This document shows positions 11,987 to 25,090 of a stretch of 64,000 nucleotides of DNA, in pieces. The notes below the pieces were generated by a model, which saw nothing but the letters and a program-made list of their open reading frames with translations, was not told where the DNA came from and made no database searches. The DNA lies in NCBI GenBank assembly GCA_017654855.1, contig CM030336.1:930001-994000 (forward strand), written 5' to 3'. The number at the start of each line of letters is the position of its first letter. Position 1 is the stretch's first letter. Position numbers and translations under genes: made by a program. Source of the stretch: Podospora anserina. Lineage: Eukaryota.

Positions 11987-13652
11987 ATGGCGTCCAACAT
12001 CCCCATGACCCCATGGTCCTTGGTGCTCTCCTTGCTGGCCATCTACTGTTTCTACGGCATATGGCTAGCCACCTGCCGCCTCTTCCTGACCCCCCTATCC
12101 CGATTCCCCGGCCCCAAACTCGCAGCAGCAACAGGATGGTACCAATCCTACTACGAGCTCGTTACATGGGCCAAAGGCCACTTCAAAATCAAGGACCTCC
12201 ACGACAAGTACGGCCCCATTGTCCGAATCAACCCTTGGGAAATCTCCATCAACGACGCAGAGTTCTACTCTGTCCTTAACGTCTCCGGCTCTGTCAGGCA
12301 CACCAACATCGACGTTCGGCAACGAGCTGCTCTCGGATTCGGAGAGTCACACGGGTTCACCGAAGACCACAACTTGCACAAGATGCAGCGGAAGCCCCTT
12401 GAGCCCTTGTTTTCTCGACGTGCGATTGACCTGGCCCAGGAAAACATCTGGACGTTCGCGAAGCGGGTGGAGGAGCTGTTCAACAAGTCAAAGGGGACCA
12501 GGAATGTGATTAGCCTCAACCGGGCGTTTTCCGCCTTTGTTGACGACGCTGTGTCCGAGGCTTGCTTCGGCAAGAGCATTGGTCTGCTAGAAGACGAGGA
12601 CTTTTCCCCAAGCTGGCATAAGCTCCTCGAGGGCCTCGGAACGCAGACACCGCTGCTGTTCAACTTCCCCATTCTCCCAAGGATGCTCAACCTCCTCCCA
12701 ACCGCCGTCGTAGCTAAGATCCATCCCGAGGGGGCAGCCTACGCCCTGCTAAAAAGCGTACCCTTCCCCCCTTCCCCTCCTGTCCCCATCCATCATTCCA
12801 ACCACTGACACTCCCCTTTCTTAGTACACCGAATCCATCGTCGACACTGCCCTCTCCTCCCCCGACTCCAAACCCCCCACCTCCAGCAAACTAATCCAAA
12901 CAATTCTCTCCTCCGACCTCCCCCCCTCCCAAAAAACCCGCTCCCGCCTCGCAACCGAAGCCTCGGTCGTCCTCGCCGCAGGCGGCATAACCACAATGAG
13001 AATGCTGACCATAACCTCTTATTACCTCCTCTCCTCCCCCTCCAAACTCCACCATCTCCAAAGCGAACTCACCTCTCTCATGCGCAGCTACCCAACCACA
13101 ACCCCCCGCTGGTCCGACCTGGAAAAACTCCCTTACCTGAGCGCCTGTATCAAGGAAGCCTTGAGGTTAGGCATAGGCGCAACCCGACACGTGGCCAAAT
13201 ACTTCCCTAACGACGAGATAGAGTACAAGTCGTGGGTGATACCAAAAGGGACGTCAATCTCTGTGCCCATGTACCCCATGCACTACGACCAAGAGGTTTA
13301 TCCCAATCCATGGGGGTTTGAACCAGAGAGGTGGTTGGGGGAGTACGACAAAAGGATGGACAGGAATTTGAACCCTTTTAGCAAGGGGAGTAGGGTGTGT
13401 TTGGGTAAGAAGTGAGTCTTTTGCCTACCTACCAGATAGAGAATAGAGGAGTGGTGTGAGTTGCTGACAGGCAGGTGGTGTGACAGTTTGGCATATGCCG
13501 ATATGTATATCATGCTAGCGGTGCTCTTCCGTCCTGGGGTTCCCCAGATGAGGTTGTACGAGACTGACGAGTCGGACGTCAAGTTTGAGTGTGACTTTGG
13601 GGTGTCGAGTCCACGGTTGGGGAGTAAGGGGGTGAGGGTGGTGGTTGAGTAA
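11987..13652 (+). CDS. Cytochrome P450 (trichodiene-oxygenase/CYP58-clan-like); introns ~12758-12824 and ~13412-13487
   Basis: N-terminal TM anchor, PLSRFPGPKLAAATGWY, YGPIVRINPWE, ExxR (KEALR), PERW and heme motif FSKGSRVCLG. Confidence 0.92.
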
Positions 13653-13944
13653 CAGGTGGCAAGTTACCATGGTGCAGTTGGATAGGAGCCTTGCATTTCC
13701 GGGGAAGAGGGCAAAAGGTAGGTAATGAAACGAAGTAATATTATCCAAATCTATGCTGATCGGCCATCTATCATCTACATCTAGATGTATGTCAACCGGG
13801 ATGTCTGTTATGTCAAGTCCAATGTATCATCCGAAACCAACACCCAAACCGATACCCAAACACCAAAAAGAAATCTCAACAACCCAAAGAAACAGCCCCA
13901 TTATTCGTACCATCACCCCCCACAGCCACCCAACCTCCCCAACC

Positions 13945-15654
13945 CTAGACGCCAGGCAATCTGGGAGGTCTCGCATTAGCCGCAGCCACGAAGTGCCCCC
14001 AGGTAATCAACTCCCGACTGCAATCATCCTGATCAATCGAGCACTCAATCAACGTCGGGCCTTTTGTGTTCTCCTCCGCAGCCTTGATCGCATCCTGCAA
14101 CTCTCCCGCCGTCTTGGCCGTCAGCCCCTTTGCATTGCCATCCTCCCCATTGAAAGCCTGCACCAGCAGCGCATAGTTCCAATTCTTGATCTTGTTGTAG
14201 CTGCCATCGTGAATCTCCACCTCGATCGTGTACCCCCGGTTGTTGATCAAGACGATGGTGATGGGGAGGTTGAACCTCACCATCTGTGACACCTCTTGAG
14301 CAGTGACCTGGAACGATCCATCACCCACCATGACGATGATCTTCCTGTCCGGGTGACGGAGGGCATACCCAAAAGCAGCGGGGATAGACCAGCCGATGTG
14401 ACCCCACGCCATCTCGATCTCGAATAGGGCACCTGGTGGAAGCTTGAGCTGAACGCCGTTGAACCAGCTGTCGCCTGTCTCGACAAACAGGGTGGTCTTG
14501 GAGTCGAGAAGGGCCTGGATTTGTCTCGAGATCTCCTTGCGGGTGAGCTCGTCGCTTGGGGTGGCCGTGCGGACAAGCACTGGGTCAGGCTTGAGACGGT
14601 TGTACTCGATCATGGTGGAGTTGTTGAACTTGACTGTCGTAGCCAAGTGGGAAAGGAATTCCCCAAGGCGGACGCGGCTGAAGTGGGCGCCGGGGAAAGT
14701 GACATGGTCCATCTCGGCGGCCATGAGGGGAATGTCGGGCATGGCTGTCCACCCTACTGTGCTGTAATCGGTGAAGACGGTGCCGACACATAGAAGGGCA
14801 TCGGCCCAGTGGACAATGGAGTCTGCCGCGTCGGTGCTGACGGTGCCCCAGAAGATACCCACGAACTGTTTGTGGTCCTCTGGGAACATGCCCTTGGCTG
14901 CGGGTTGGACAGCAACGGCACAGCCCATGGCTTCAGCGAGCTTGATAAGAGCCTGTTCAGCGCCATCACCTGCACGACGGAGCTTTGGACCCACGAGGAT
15001 GACAGGCTTGAGCTTGCCGGAGAGGTACTCGGAAGCGCAATTGGCAGCTGCCTCGAGGGCGGTCTTGTCGCTTGTGACGGGATCGGTGACGGCGCTGATG
15101 GGTCCAGGACGAACACACTCGGCTCCAGAAAGGTTCGTTGGGATCTCAATGTAGCATGGCTTGCGGGCTAGGAGGGCATGGCGGATGGCACGATCGATCA
15201 GCCTAGGGGCTTCGTGTGCTCGGGCGACGGCAACTGCGCAGCAGGTGATTTTCTTTGCCATCTCAAGCTGGTAGCTGTAGTCAGTCGTACCAAGGGTGTG
15301 GTGGAGGAGGTGGAATTGGCTGGCGTCATTGGTGTTTGGTGAACCGCTGATGAGAATCAGTGGCAGGTTCTCGGCGTAGGCACTGCCGGTGCCATTGAAG
15401 GCGGAAAGGGCGCCGACGCTGAAGGTGACGACGCATGCCGAGACGCCGTTGGCACGGGCATACCCTTCAGCGGCCAGCGAGCAGTTGAGCTCGTTGGCAC
15501 AGCCCACCTCTGTGAGATTGGGGTTGGCTTGTAGTTTGTCGAGGAGGACGAGGTTGTAGTCACCCGGCACGACAAAGTGATGGCGAATGCCAATCTGGGC
15601 GAGACGTTCGGCAAGGTAATCTCCAACAGTGTACTTTGTTGGTAGTGACGACAT
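13945..15654 (-). CDS. cfp: Pyruvate decarboxylase (ThDP-dependent), Neurospora cfp / Zymomonas-type
   Basis: 569 aa intronless ORF with YTVGDYLAERL, VPGDYNL, NELNC and the ThDP motif GDGSFQVTAQE..NNRGYTIE. It closely resembles N. crassa CFP as recalled. Confidence 0.93.
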   Translation of the reverse strand: MSSLPTKYTVGDYLAERLAQIGIRHHFVVPGDYNLVLLDKLQANPNLTEVGCANELNCSLAAEGYARANGVSACVVTFSVGALSAFNGTGSAYAENLPLILISGSPNTNDASQFHLLHHTLGTTDYSYQLEMAKKITCCAVAVARAHEAPRLIDRAIRHALLARKPCYIEIPTNLSGAECVRPGPISAVTDPVTSDKTALEAAANCASEYLSGKLKPVILVGPKLRRAGDGAEQALIKLAEAMGCAVAVQPAAKGMFPEDHKQFVGIFWGTVSTDAADSIVHWADALLCVGTVFTDYSTVGWTAMPDIPLMAAEMDHVTFPGAHFSRVRLGEFLSHLATTVKFNNSTMIEYNRLKPDPVLVRTATPSDELTRKEISRQIQALLDSKTTLFVETGDSWFNGVQLKLPPGALFEIEMAWGHIGWSIPAAFGYALRHPDRKIIVMVGDGSFQVTAQEVSQMVRFNLPITIVLINNRGYTIEVEIHDGSYNKIKNWNYALLVQAFNGEDGNAKGLTAKTAGELQDAIKAAEENTKGPTLIECSIDQDDCSRELITWGHFVAAANARPPRLPGV

Positions 15655-16665
15655 GGTTATGTGTGAAGTGTGTAATGTTGTTGTAAAACCAAGAAGAGAA
15701 TGTCTCTTGGAAACGATGCTAAAGAAGCTTGCGAAGGCATGATAGCGACCGTGTTGAAGGCGATGGGTTGCTGACCTTTCTTTATCTCTTTTTGATCAGA
15801 TGGTCTCGACTGCTTCGTGTTGCCGCATTCAAGTGATGTTGGCGAAGCCGGCGACGGCACTGTGCCCACTGCTTCCGTTGATGTGGATCCCCGGTGGTAT
15901 TTGACAGTGGCCAGAGCCACCGAAAAAGCTTATCTCGACCACCCCACGTCCAGTCTGCAACGGCGACGTTGCGGCTCTGGCATCTGTGGCGTGAAAGGCG
16001 TCGATACGAAGAACTGCTATCGTGTAAGCGCCTGTCCATCATGATCATCATCAGCTTCCATGCGTCCGATGTCGTTTAGGCAGGACGTTGGACGGTCGGC
16101 CCGACCCAGGGGCTAATCAAACGTGGACGTTCTGGCTTGATCAGACCACGGTCTCGATGCGCTGGTTCAAATGTAACCGCGGGGACACCCGGCGGTAAGC
16201 GCGCCTGCGAGGCCTGAGTAAACATGCAGATCCATCGAGATTCGAGATTGTGTGCGACGGGAATAGCGTGGGTGTATTGATAACGCCAAGATCTCGTGAT
16301 GCTGACGAACTCACATCTTGGCAGGTGTCTCTTCGGGCCCCACAGCTGACAGCACCCGCCACATTTAAAATCATTCGAGCCTCGAACTGTCATGCTGTGC
16401 ACCTACTTCCATGGACAAATGCGTGTTTTCTCGTACTAACATGCCGATTTTCTCGCGTCGACGGTTTGCCTCTGCCCAGGCGTCTTCTCTTCGTTGACCC
16501 AGTCATCAACCCACAGTCCGATGATGATCCGCCTCTCCGGATGCCCTGCTCCGGGGGCAGGCCCCACTTCCCGGTTCGTCGGTCCCAGAAACCTGAATCA
16601 CCATGCCCAATAAATACCATCAACAACACCACTGTTTTTCTCATCCTATGGGTTTGCCTGCTATC

Positions 16666-18233
16666 TCACACCTTGTCAAGTCTCAACCCACAGCCCTCTT
16701 CGCTCTTACACGTCTGTCTCTTGCCATCCTTCACCTGCCGTCGTTTTCCCTTGACATCGCTATAACCCACACTCAGTGAACAGAGGAGGGCCGCTCCTGC
16801 AAAGCACACAGCCACTAGAAACGTCTTCATGATACCTTCGTTGTATCCCCGCACAACCTCGCTGAGCATCTCACCGCCGTCATTGACTGTCCGTACAACA
16901 CCCTTAGCCCCATTTTTCCAGAGAATCAGAGGAAGTCGCTCGCCCAATGCCGTGCAATCTAGCTCCAAATATTCCGCCAGAATTTCCGGGTGTTCCACCT
17001 TCCACAGCTTTGAAATGTGCGCCATCAAAAGGTGATGGGCAACCGGTAGTGCTATAGCTGCGCCGAGGCCATGAAGAAAACATAATCGCCACTGTTGCCT
17101 CCGTCGAATCTGCTGAACCAAGGCTTGCCCGTGAAATGATATTGGGATCCAAAGATGAGCCCATCCCAGCGCCTAAACTAAGGACAATCTAGGGTGCAAT
17201 CCGCTGTGTTTCTGCGGTCAAGGGCGCAAACATGGTTGTGAACGTAATTCCAAACAACCCTGTAACCACGACATGCATGACGCGAATGGATAACGGAGTG
17301 CCTTCTTGTTGACCAACCGCACGAGTAAAGCATGTAAAGGAGAAAGCAGTTGCCAGTGTGAATGGAAGAATCGACATTCCTGGTTCCAGCGCTGTTTGAT
17401 TCTGTATGACTTGAAGCCAGAAAGAAAAGCTACGAGGTCAGGCTGTTAGTGACCTCTATTGAAGTATTAGAGTGGAAGAGCATGGGAACTTACATAATAC
17501 TGCAAAACTGCAACACTCCCAGACATGAAGAACACATGGAGACTGCCGGAGGGAGTGCGATTCTTTGCTCTCAACCTGAAGACCGCCAAGTCTTCAACAA
17601 CAAACAACAGCATGGCGCATCTCATAGCCGCGAAACATGTACTCATCATGTTGAAAATGCCACGAGAATAAAACCAGGCCGTGCCGATCCCCGAGATACA
17701 GAGCCAGGTCGAAAAACATCATATCGCCAGGGAGCGGTGGAATATGTCTGATATATCCACCATTGAAAGTTGTTCCAGCCGTCCCGGGGATCCTGGTTTT
17801 GTATCCCCAGTGTGGAAGAACGCAAGCACCCCAATAATTCCCAATACACCAATCAAGTCATTGACAGCAAATCACCACCGCCGATTGTTCTTGGTTGCCA
17901 GCGCTCCTGCGAGCATCGGACCCAGAAAAGCGGCAAGTCCATGCACCACAGCATTGTAATATGCAACGAAGTTCGGTTAGCCTTTCAAAGAAGCTTCCTA
18001 TGCGGCCCCGTACATCCCAATGTCCGAAAGAGACTTGAAGTAGTCGATAATGTCCGGCAGCACCGTGCCGATGAATGCTCTATCCAGGGAGGAGCAAAAG
18101 TATGGAAGCGTGACCGAGGCCAGGACAAGGCCTAGGCGAAGCCTGTGGAGATACGTAGTGTCCATGCTGGCGGGTGGCGTTTAGCTGCGGACTTTTCGGA
18201 CCTGATGAGGCTCGAGAAAATACTTTCGGACAT
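16666..18233 (-). pseudogene. Degenerate MFS drug:H+ antiporter (DHA2/aflT-like)
   Basis: Fragments LDRAFIGTVLPDIIDYFKSLSDIGMYGAA*, LGPMLAGAL, FWFQVIQ..GMSILPF and YNEGIMKTFLVAVCF, broken by stops, frameshifts and deletions. Confidence 0.8.
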
Positions 18234-20041
18234 GGAATGTCGATGGTGAGTATAAGATTGAGTTGCGATGATCCATGAGAGAATGGTCGTGGACAGTGTC
18301 TCCGCAGGAGGGTGATTGTCGGGCTAGGAAGCTGCCCTATCCCAAAACATGTCTGAGAAGGAGCGCATACGTAAGTCCTGGCATCGCACCAACGGTCGGT
18401 CGTGATTGCTCTGACACTCGCCTGTCAGGCCTCCGGACCTTCATCGAATCTCCATACATCTCTTTCTTGGCCGGTTGATGATATGCTCTCAAATCGCCTC
18501 ACCATTCATCATGCCTTGAATATACGCTTCCCCTTGTAGTCTGTAGGAATGCCACTTCTCATCAACCACGTCGTCATCCTCTTCTTTCTTTTGCTTTCCT
18601 TTCTTTTAAACGCAGCTTTCGGAAACATGACTCCTCCACCCAGGAAGAAAAGTCTCTCAGGCTTCAACATCATCTTCCAACTCTTCGTTCTCCAAGTCTT
18701 TATGCGACTCTTTGGGATTGCGACGTAATATAACGGGTACTAAGTATCCAACGATGATGCAGACCAGATCCCCTTCACCGACGTCCTGATTTCCGAGACC
18801 TAGCGTACCATTCTATGTCCTGATCATGCAGCGGTTCTAAATGGATGCATGAACTCGTCGGGAGAGCCCAGTAATGAATAAATATAGAATCGGGATTCTA
18901 AGCTCTGGTTTTGGAGGTGGATTATCGACTGGTTGTCGGAGGTTCAACGCCATTGCTTGCCCAGCCTCGCTGACACAAGAACAGATCACAGCCGTCATCA
19001 TCTGAAAAACTCAACACACCCGGACGGCCTGGGATCTCGAATGATGGTGTTCCAAGGTAGGTAGGGCGGGTATCGGGGTTCGTTGGTATACTTCGCTTGA
19101 CAGGCCTCACTTGATAGGATCTGACGATCTGGTCAACCCATCATCGCTGCCGCCAGCCTGTGCCTGTAGGTCCACCCAAACGTGGAGAAATAGCCATGGT
19201 GCCATAAAGGGCTCTCAAATAATCCAAGAGTCTTCTGAGTATGTCAGAGGCAACTCGCCACAACGGCGGCAGGTCCAAGGGTGTGTTCGAGGATATGCCA
19301 AGAGCTGTCCCCAATTCCGCTCAAGTCTGACGGTGCCCCGCCCCTGGCATTGGACTTCTCCCCACATTTTCTCCAATTCTAGCACCCCACCACCCTCCAC
19401 CACGGACCTGTAGCTATGGCGAACGATTGCTATGCTGACGATACCTTATCAGCAAACATCCACATCATGCCCGACTTACACAAGTCCCTGGCGTCAGCTC
19501 TTTTCGGAGCGGAAGAACTAGTTCCACGGCACTCTAGTGGTCAGTCGCCTTTTCTGGCGGTTCTCACGGCACGCTATTGGCACTGAACAGCCAATGGTTG
19601 TGATTCCCGTAACACCAAAGATAAATCTATTCAAGGACCTTGAACGTTGTTGGCCCCGGGAACAACGAGGCTTCCCATGCGGCTTTCCCCTTGGTAGTAT
19701 GAGCTATGGGTGCGGGGGTCCTACCGGCCGTGTCATTCCCGCCGTAGCGAGCACCGGTTCCATGGCATGCTGGCTCCTCCATCAAGTTTAACCGTTCCTA
19801 TTCCCGCGCGAGGATTCTGCCTTGCCCTTCAGGCCTTTCGAAGGAACATGTCGATGCTCTCACTACGACTGGGAAGGATGAAGATTCCACCTTGCCCCGC
19901 AACCAAGAAAAACTTACAAAGCCAACAGTATCACAACATGATCCCCGCCATAATTCTCAGCTATAAATGATGATGTATTCCAGGGCTCTTGAACAAACAG
20001 CTCTCTCATCAATCAGAGAGCCAGCATCGGCCATTGCAAAC

Positions 20042-21876
20042 ATGCTGCTCCATTATCTCACTCTTCTTCCTGTTGCGTTTGCTGGGAGCCACAAAGCCCC
20101 CTCAGCAACCACGCTCAACGGTACCTACATCGGCCGTTACCTCCCCGAGTTTTCTCAGGATCTGTTTCTCGGAATCCCCTTCGCCAGAGCTCCCGTCCTT
20201 GGAAATCCCACCCCTTGGGACGAGTCCTGGAGAGGTTCCCGCTCCGCCGAGTACAATGGTGCCATTTGCTATTGCTATGCGCCGCCGGCAGACATGGAAA
20301 GGGCAAATGTGACCGAGAAGTCGGACGAATGCCTGAATCTCAACGTCATTCGACCATCTGGCATTGGCAAGAAGAAAAAGCTCCCTGTCGTTGTCTGGCT
20401 CTACGGCGGCGGGTTTGTTGACGGTTTCGGCGCCGATATCAACTCGAACATGTCCTACATCGTCCAAGCGAGCGTGGCCCAGCAGATGCCCATCATTGCC
20501 GTCACACTGAACTATCGTGTCGGCTTTCTTGGGTTCCCCGGCGGTGCTGAGGTAGCTAAGGAAGGCGTCACCAACTTGGGCTTCAAGGATCAACGGATAG
20601 CTCTGCAATGGGTCCATGAAAACATTGCCGCTTTTGGCGGCGATCCGGACAAGGTCACACTCTGGGGTCAATCTGCTGGAAGTCACTCCATCACTCATCA
20701 GATCTTGGCCTACGGAGACCAACGTGGCGAGAAGAGGCTTTTTCGGGGAGCCATCATGGTCAGCTCGTCAGTGGGCGTCGGAAACTCTCACCACCCAACA
20801 CGCTATGACGCTCTTGCCGGCTACAAGGGGATTGTTCGGGCGACAAACTGTACTGGCGCCCAAGACACTCTGGCCTGTCTGCGGAGACTGTCTGGGGACC
20901 AGCTGTGGGAAGCAAGTATGACAGTGGCCGACTTGGAAGTCTGGAAGCCGATGGTAGACGGAGACTTTGTGTCCATGCCTCCGACGCTCCAGCTTCTCTC
21001 GGGAAAGTTCCGTCGCGATGTGTCTGTCTTGATCGGAACCGGTAGTGATGAAGGCCTGGGCCCCTCCAAATCATTACCTCAAGACCTGGACACGGACGAA
21101 GATGTCCACGCGATGCTTAGATTGTTACTCCTTGACGCACGGAATGAGACACTCGACCTCATCATGCGAGCGTACCCTGCGGAAGCCCAGGGCCCGCCCT
21201 ACGCTTTGCCAATGTCGGAGACAGATCGTCTGTGCGAGGAATTCAGGATTGCTGGGGGCTTACGCTGTGGGAAGCAGTTCCGGAGATTTGCTTCGATGTT
21301 TGGTGACTTTTTCGTGATCGCTGGTCGCCGGGCTGTCGCGCAGAAGTTTGCTGAGCTAGGCATGACGGCATATTCGTACCGGTTCGATACGTGGCCGACC
21401 TCCTTTCCGATCACCAACTTTACAAACTTTAAGCCTGGGTTTGCTGGTCACTCCACAGACTACTCTTACTTTTTCCGTTTCCCAAGGGAACACGACCTCT
21501 ACGGCAACAACCCGCCAATTCCGAAGGGCTCTGAGGCGCATCTTCAGCTGTCACAGGGCATTGCTGCCAAGCTCATTGCCTACATCTACACTGGCAACCC
21601 CAACGCGGTCTCTGGTATGTTCTTGCGCGACGATGCGGTTGTAGTGACAACGCACTAACCTTTCTTGTACTACTAGTCCCCGGCTTTCCTGTCTGGCCCA
21701 AGTACGACGTCAAGAAGCCGACTAATATGGTATTCAACGCCACCGAGCATCCCGACCGTCTCAACGTTCACATCGAGCCTGATACCTGGCGCAAGGAGGG
21801 CATGGCAATCTGGCCAAGTCACCCGATCGAGCTGGACTACCGGAAGACTGTCCCTGACAATCTTAGAGACCTGTAA
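20042..21876 (+). CDS. Secreted carboxylesterase/lipase, type B; intron 21615-21676
   Basis: Signal peptide, FLGIPFA, DECLNLNV, WLYGGGF, NYRVGFLGF, nucleophile motif GQSAG and AGHSTD. The spliced last exon ends RDL*. Confidence 0.93.
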
Positions 21877-22769
21877 GCCTATACGTGGAAGGCTTGAACC
21901 ATGTGGAGGAGCTTAAGCTTGTAGACCTTGGGTTGTTGCTGGATGTGAGACATACCAACAGCGCCTCAAAAGTCTAAGCGTTGTTTGTAACGCCACATCT
22001 CGAGCTTTATCTGGTTTCTAGCAACTAGAGTTTGTATTCCCAGCACGTGGCATAATTTCTACGATAACTCTTCAATTCCATCTTGCTGTGGGTCAATCAA
22101 CATGTTTATTCGATGACTTTGTCACCTGTATGACCCCCTTAAATAATGACAATGATGTGTTTGCAAGGCTGTCAGAGTCAAAAGACCTACACCTCAGATC
22201 TCTGACAGATCGAAGCACACAGTCAAAATGCTCGATTTGCGATTTATTTTTCCGTAGCAGCAACTGACGGTCGTTCGACTCGAAAGATAATCCATCCAGC
22301 TTTGGATCTCTACTCTACCTACTTGATCAAGATATTGAGATTCTTGTCAACACTATCCATCCTGCCTCCATTCCCATTTTTTGCTGCTAACAATCCGATC
22401 TGACTCGGGACAGCCATCAGCGAGCGCGGAGCAACTGGACCTCTGGATGCGCTACACAGCTGGCTCCACGTGGTAAGATGCTTTGATCAACCAAGGCAAA
22501 CAATGATGGAAAGAGGTTGATTGGCCCATCGTATATATGTAACACCCATCTCACTCTCATCTGAACATCGAAATGCCCCATGGAAGTCCTCAGACGGGTC
22601 CGTCGAACAAGGAGTTTGCTTCACCTGCATTGAACCTGCTACTTTGGAACCGTCAACCCCGTACGTGCCGTTGTCCTTGGCCTGAGAAAGGCGATCTGGG
22701 GGGCGTTTTCCACATGCCTTCCCGTCGGCAACCCACCAACCCCTCCGCGCTGCGATTAGGCACGAGCTG

Positions 22770-23100
22770 CAAGGCGGACGCCTGCTGGTACAATTGTAAG
22801 ACCTCCTAGTGTTGGGAAGACGCCTGAAGATGTCAAATGAAGGTCTCCGATTATGTGATGAAGGCCTCAGGTTATCTAATGAAGGCCTAATTAATAACTT
22901 CAAATGCCTCTCCAAAGGTTCAATCGGCCTTCATTGGATAGTTTGATGCCTCTTGACTATCCAGATAGGCCTGTTCACTATCCAAATAGGCCTAATAAGC
23001 TTTCGAATAGGCCTTCAAGCTGCCTGCATAGACCCTCGAACGCTCCTTCCACGTCTAGCCACCATCTGTCGAGGCCTAGGGCACACTTTTGACGCCTATT
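22770..23100. repeat. Degenerate 21-bp-period tandem array (~15 units; core xxAGGCCT)
   Basis: GGCC/TGCC/CGCC/GACC cores at 22776, 22797, 22818, 22839, 22860, 22881, 22902, 22923, 22944, 22965, 22986, 23007, 23028 and 23070, all exact multiples of 21 nt apart. Confidence 0.8.
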
Positions 23101-23191
23101 AAAAGACTTTCGACGCGTTCAATTTTCAAACTTTGACCTTTTCTTCAAGCCTTCACAAAACCAGATCACCACCACCACCATCGCCAAAACG

Positions 23192-24815
23192 ATGGAGACC
23201 TCGGACCGGACGGTGGAGTTCATCTCCACCGTCACCACAATGACGGTGATTGCATTTTGCGCTGTGTTCCTCCGGCTTTTTTCAAAAGCCAAGTACGGAA
23301 AGGAGGTGATGCTGGACGACAACCTCATGGTGGTCGCCTGGGTACGCGTTTCCCTCGTTTGCGAACCCTCACACACTCGCCGCGTGCTAACGGTCAACAA
23401 CAGCTCCTCACGCTCGGAAGCCTGGCGCTGCTGCTAGCGTCGGTAGCCAACTTTGGCTACACCCTCCACCAACAGGTGGAGGACAAGTTTCCCAAGGGCG
23501 CCGCCGCCCTGATCTCGGTGGCCCAGGCCCTGAGCTCTTGCTCAGGGGCTGCGGCCAAAACTTCCGCCGCCCTGCTGCTGTGGAGGATCACCCCGGTGTT
23601 TTGGCAGAGGGCTCTGCTCAAGACCACCACCGCCATCACCATCTTGACAACCCTCATCGTCGCGGTGGTGATGTCGGTCAAGATCAACGACAACAACATG
23701 CAGCAAGAGTGTGTCAACAAGACTACAGCCTGGAACTTTGGAATCTTCTATGCTGGTAAGTTTACTCTGTCTGACGGCGACAAAGCCTGGTAACTAACAA
23801 TGCTGGGGCTGGGACTAGTATGGGGCGTTATCTCCGACTTTATTTTGTCCCTTTTACCCTGGATCATGGTCTGGAAGCTTCGGATGAAAAAGGCGGAGAA
23901 GTACGGTCTCGCCGTCGCGCTGAGCATGGGTTGCGTGTGGGTCTTTTCTTCTCCTCTCCCCATCCCATTCTCGCACCGTAACTCACCACCACTACTCCTA
24001 CTATAGAACAAGCATCCTCGGGATTATGAAACTCTCGTACATCAATTGCGTCTCTGTCCTCGACCTCGATCTCTCTTGTAAGTTCTTTTATTTAGACCGC
24101 CCTAAACCTCCACTGACCACCCTCCTGTCCAGACACCTCGATAGACCTCATTACATACCACTTCGTTGAACCGACCGTAATCATCACTGCGGCCTCCATT
24201 CCTGCCCTCCGCTTCTTTCTTCATAACCAAGTTACCGCCATGCGCCGCTCGTGCCGCGCAAGCGAGCTACTCGATATGACCAACCCAATCACGAATCCTT
24301 CACGAGCCAGCCGAAGAAGCTTCCTCCCCCGGCCCCCAGCTCAAGCACATCAACATCATCACCCCCTTGCTGATTCCGAGTCCATGATCTCTTTGTCCGC
24401 AATTTTGAGAGGTTTACCCCCCTCCGCGGAAGACCCACCACCTATGCCACCGATTCGGTCTATGCCCGTTGCCCGAGTAGGCGTTGCTGGCGCGAGTTCC
24501 AGCGAAGGAAGAAATATGACGACTGTTACCACCATCACCGGAGGACATAACAACATTAGATCAGCTAGTTCGAATGAACAGCAGCCCAAGGAAGGAGGGA
24601 TTCTCAGGACGGTGAGAGTTGTTGTTAGCAGCGAAGGAGAGGACTCTACGTTGACCTCGGAGCCGACGGCCAGCATCAGAGAGAGTTACAGAGAGGCCAG
24701 AGAGCCTAGAGAGCGTTCGTGGAATACTTGGCCCAGTGGGCGCAGAGAAAGCGATTTGGAGATGGGGGATGTGATTAGGGAGAACGAGCGGAAGGGTGGG
24801 AAGAAGAACGAGTAG
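23192..24815 (+). CDS. Pth11-like / fungal rhodopsin-domain integral membrane protein without CFEM; about four introns
   Basis: VFLRLFSK..LDDNLMVVAW, AAKTSAALLLWRI, SDFILSLLPWIMVWKLRMKKAEKYGLAVALSMG and EPTVIITAASIPALR. Introns near 23342-23403, 23756-23818, 23935-24006 and 24078-24132. Confidence 0.85.
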
Positions 24816-25090
24816 CATTTGGGACGGCATTTTGCTTGCTAGATGGATGGGAAGATTTGCTATCGCGAGTTTATGCATGTGTACTACCTGGCATAGACCT
24901 GCTATATGAGCATCAAGAGGTCACAGGTGAGAGCCAACTCGGCCAATTGAAGACATGGAGATATTTTTGTCTCTTTTTTATTCTCATACATTTTCCACTG
25001 TCCAAATTCCGGCTGTTGAACCTACATCTCACCCGGGGTATCACTGTTGAACGCCAGTACACTCACACTCGCTGCCTATCAGACAACAAT

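Noticed and set aside
22770-23100. CRISPR-like array
   Set aside because: Eukaryotic context, degenerate 21-nt period with no unique spacers, and no cas genes.
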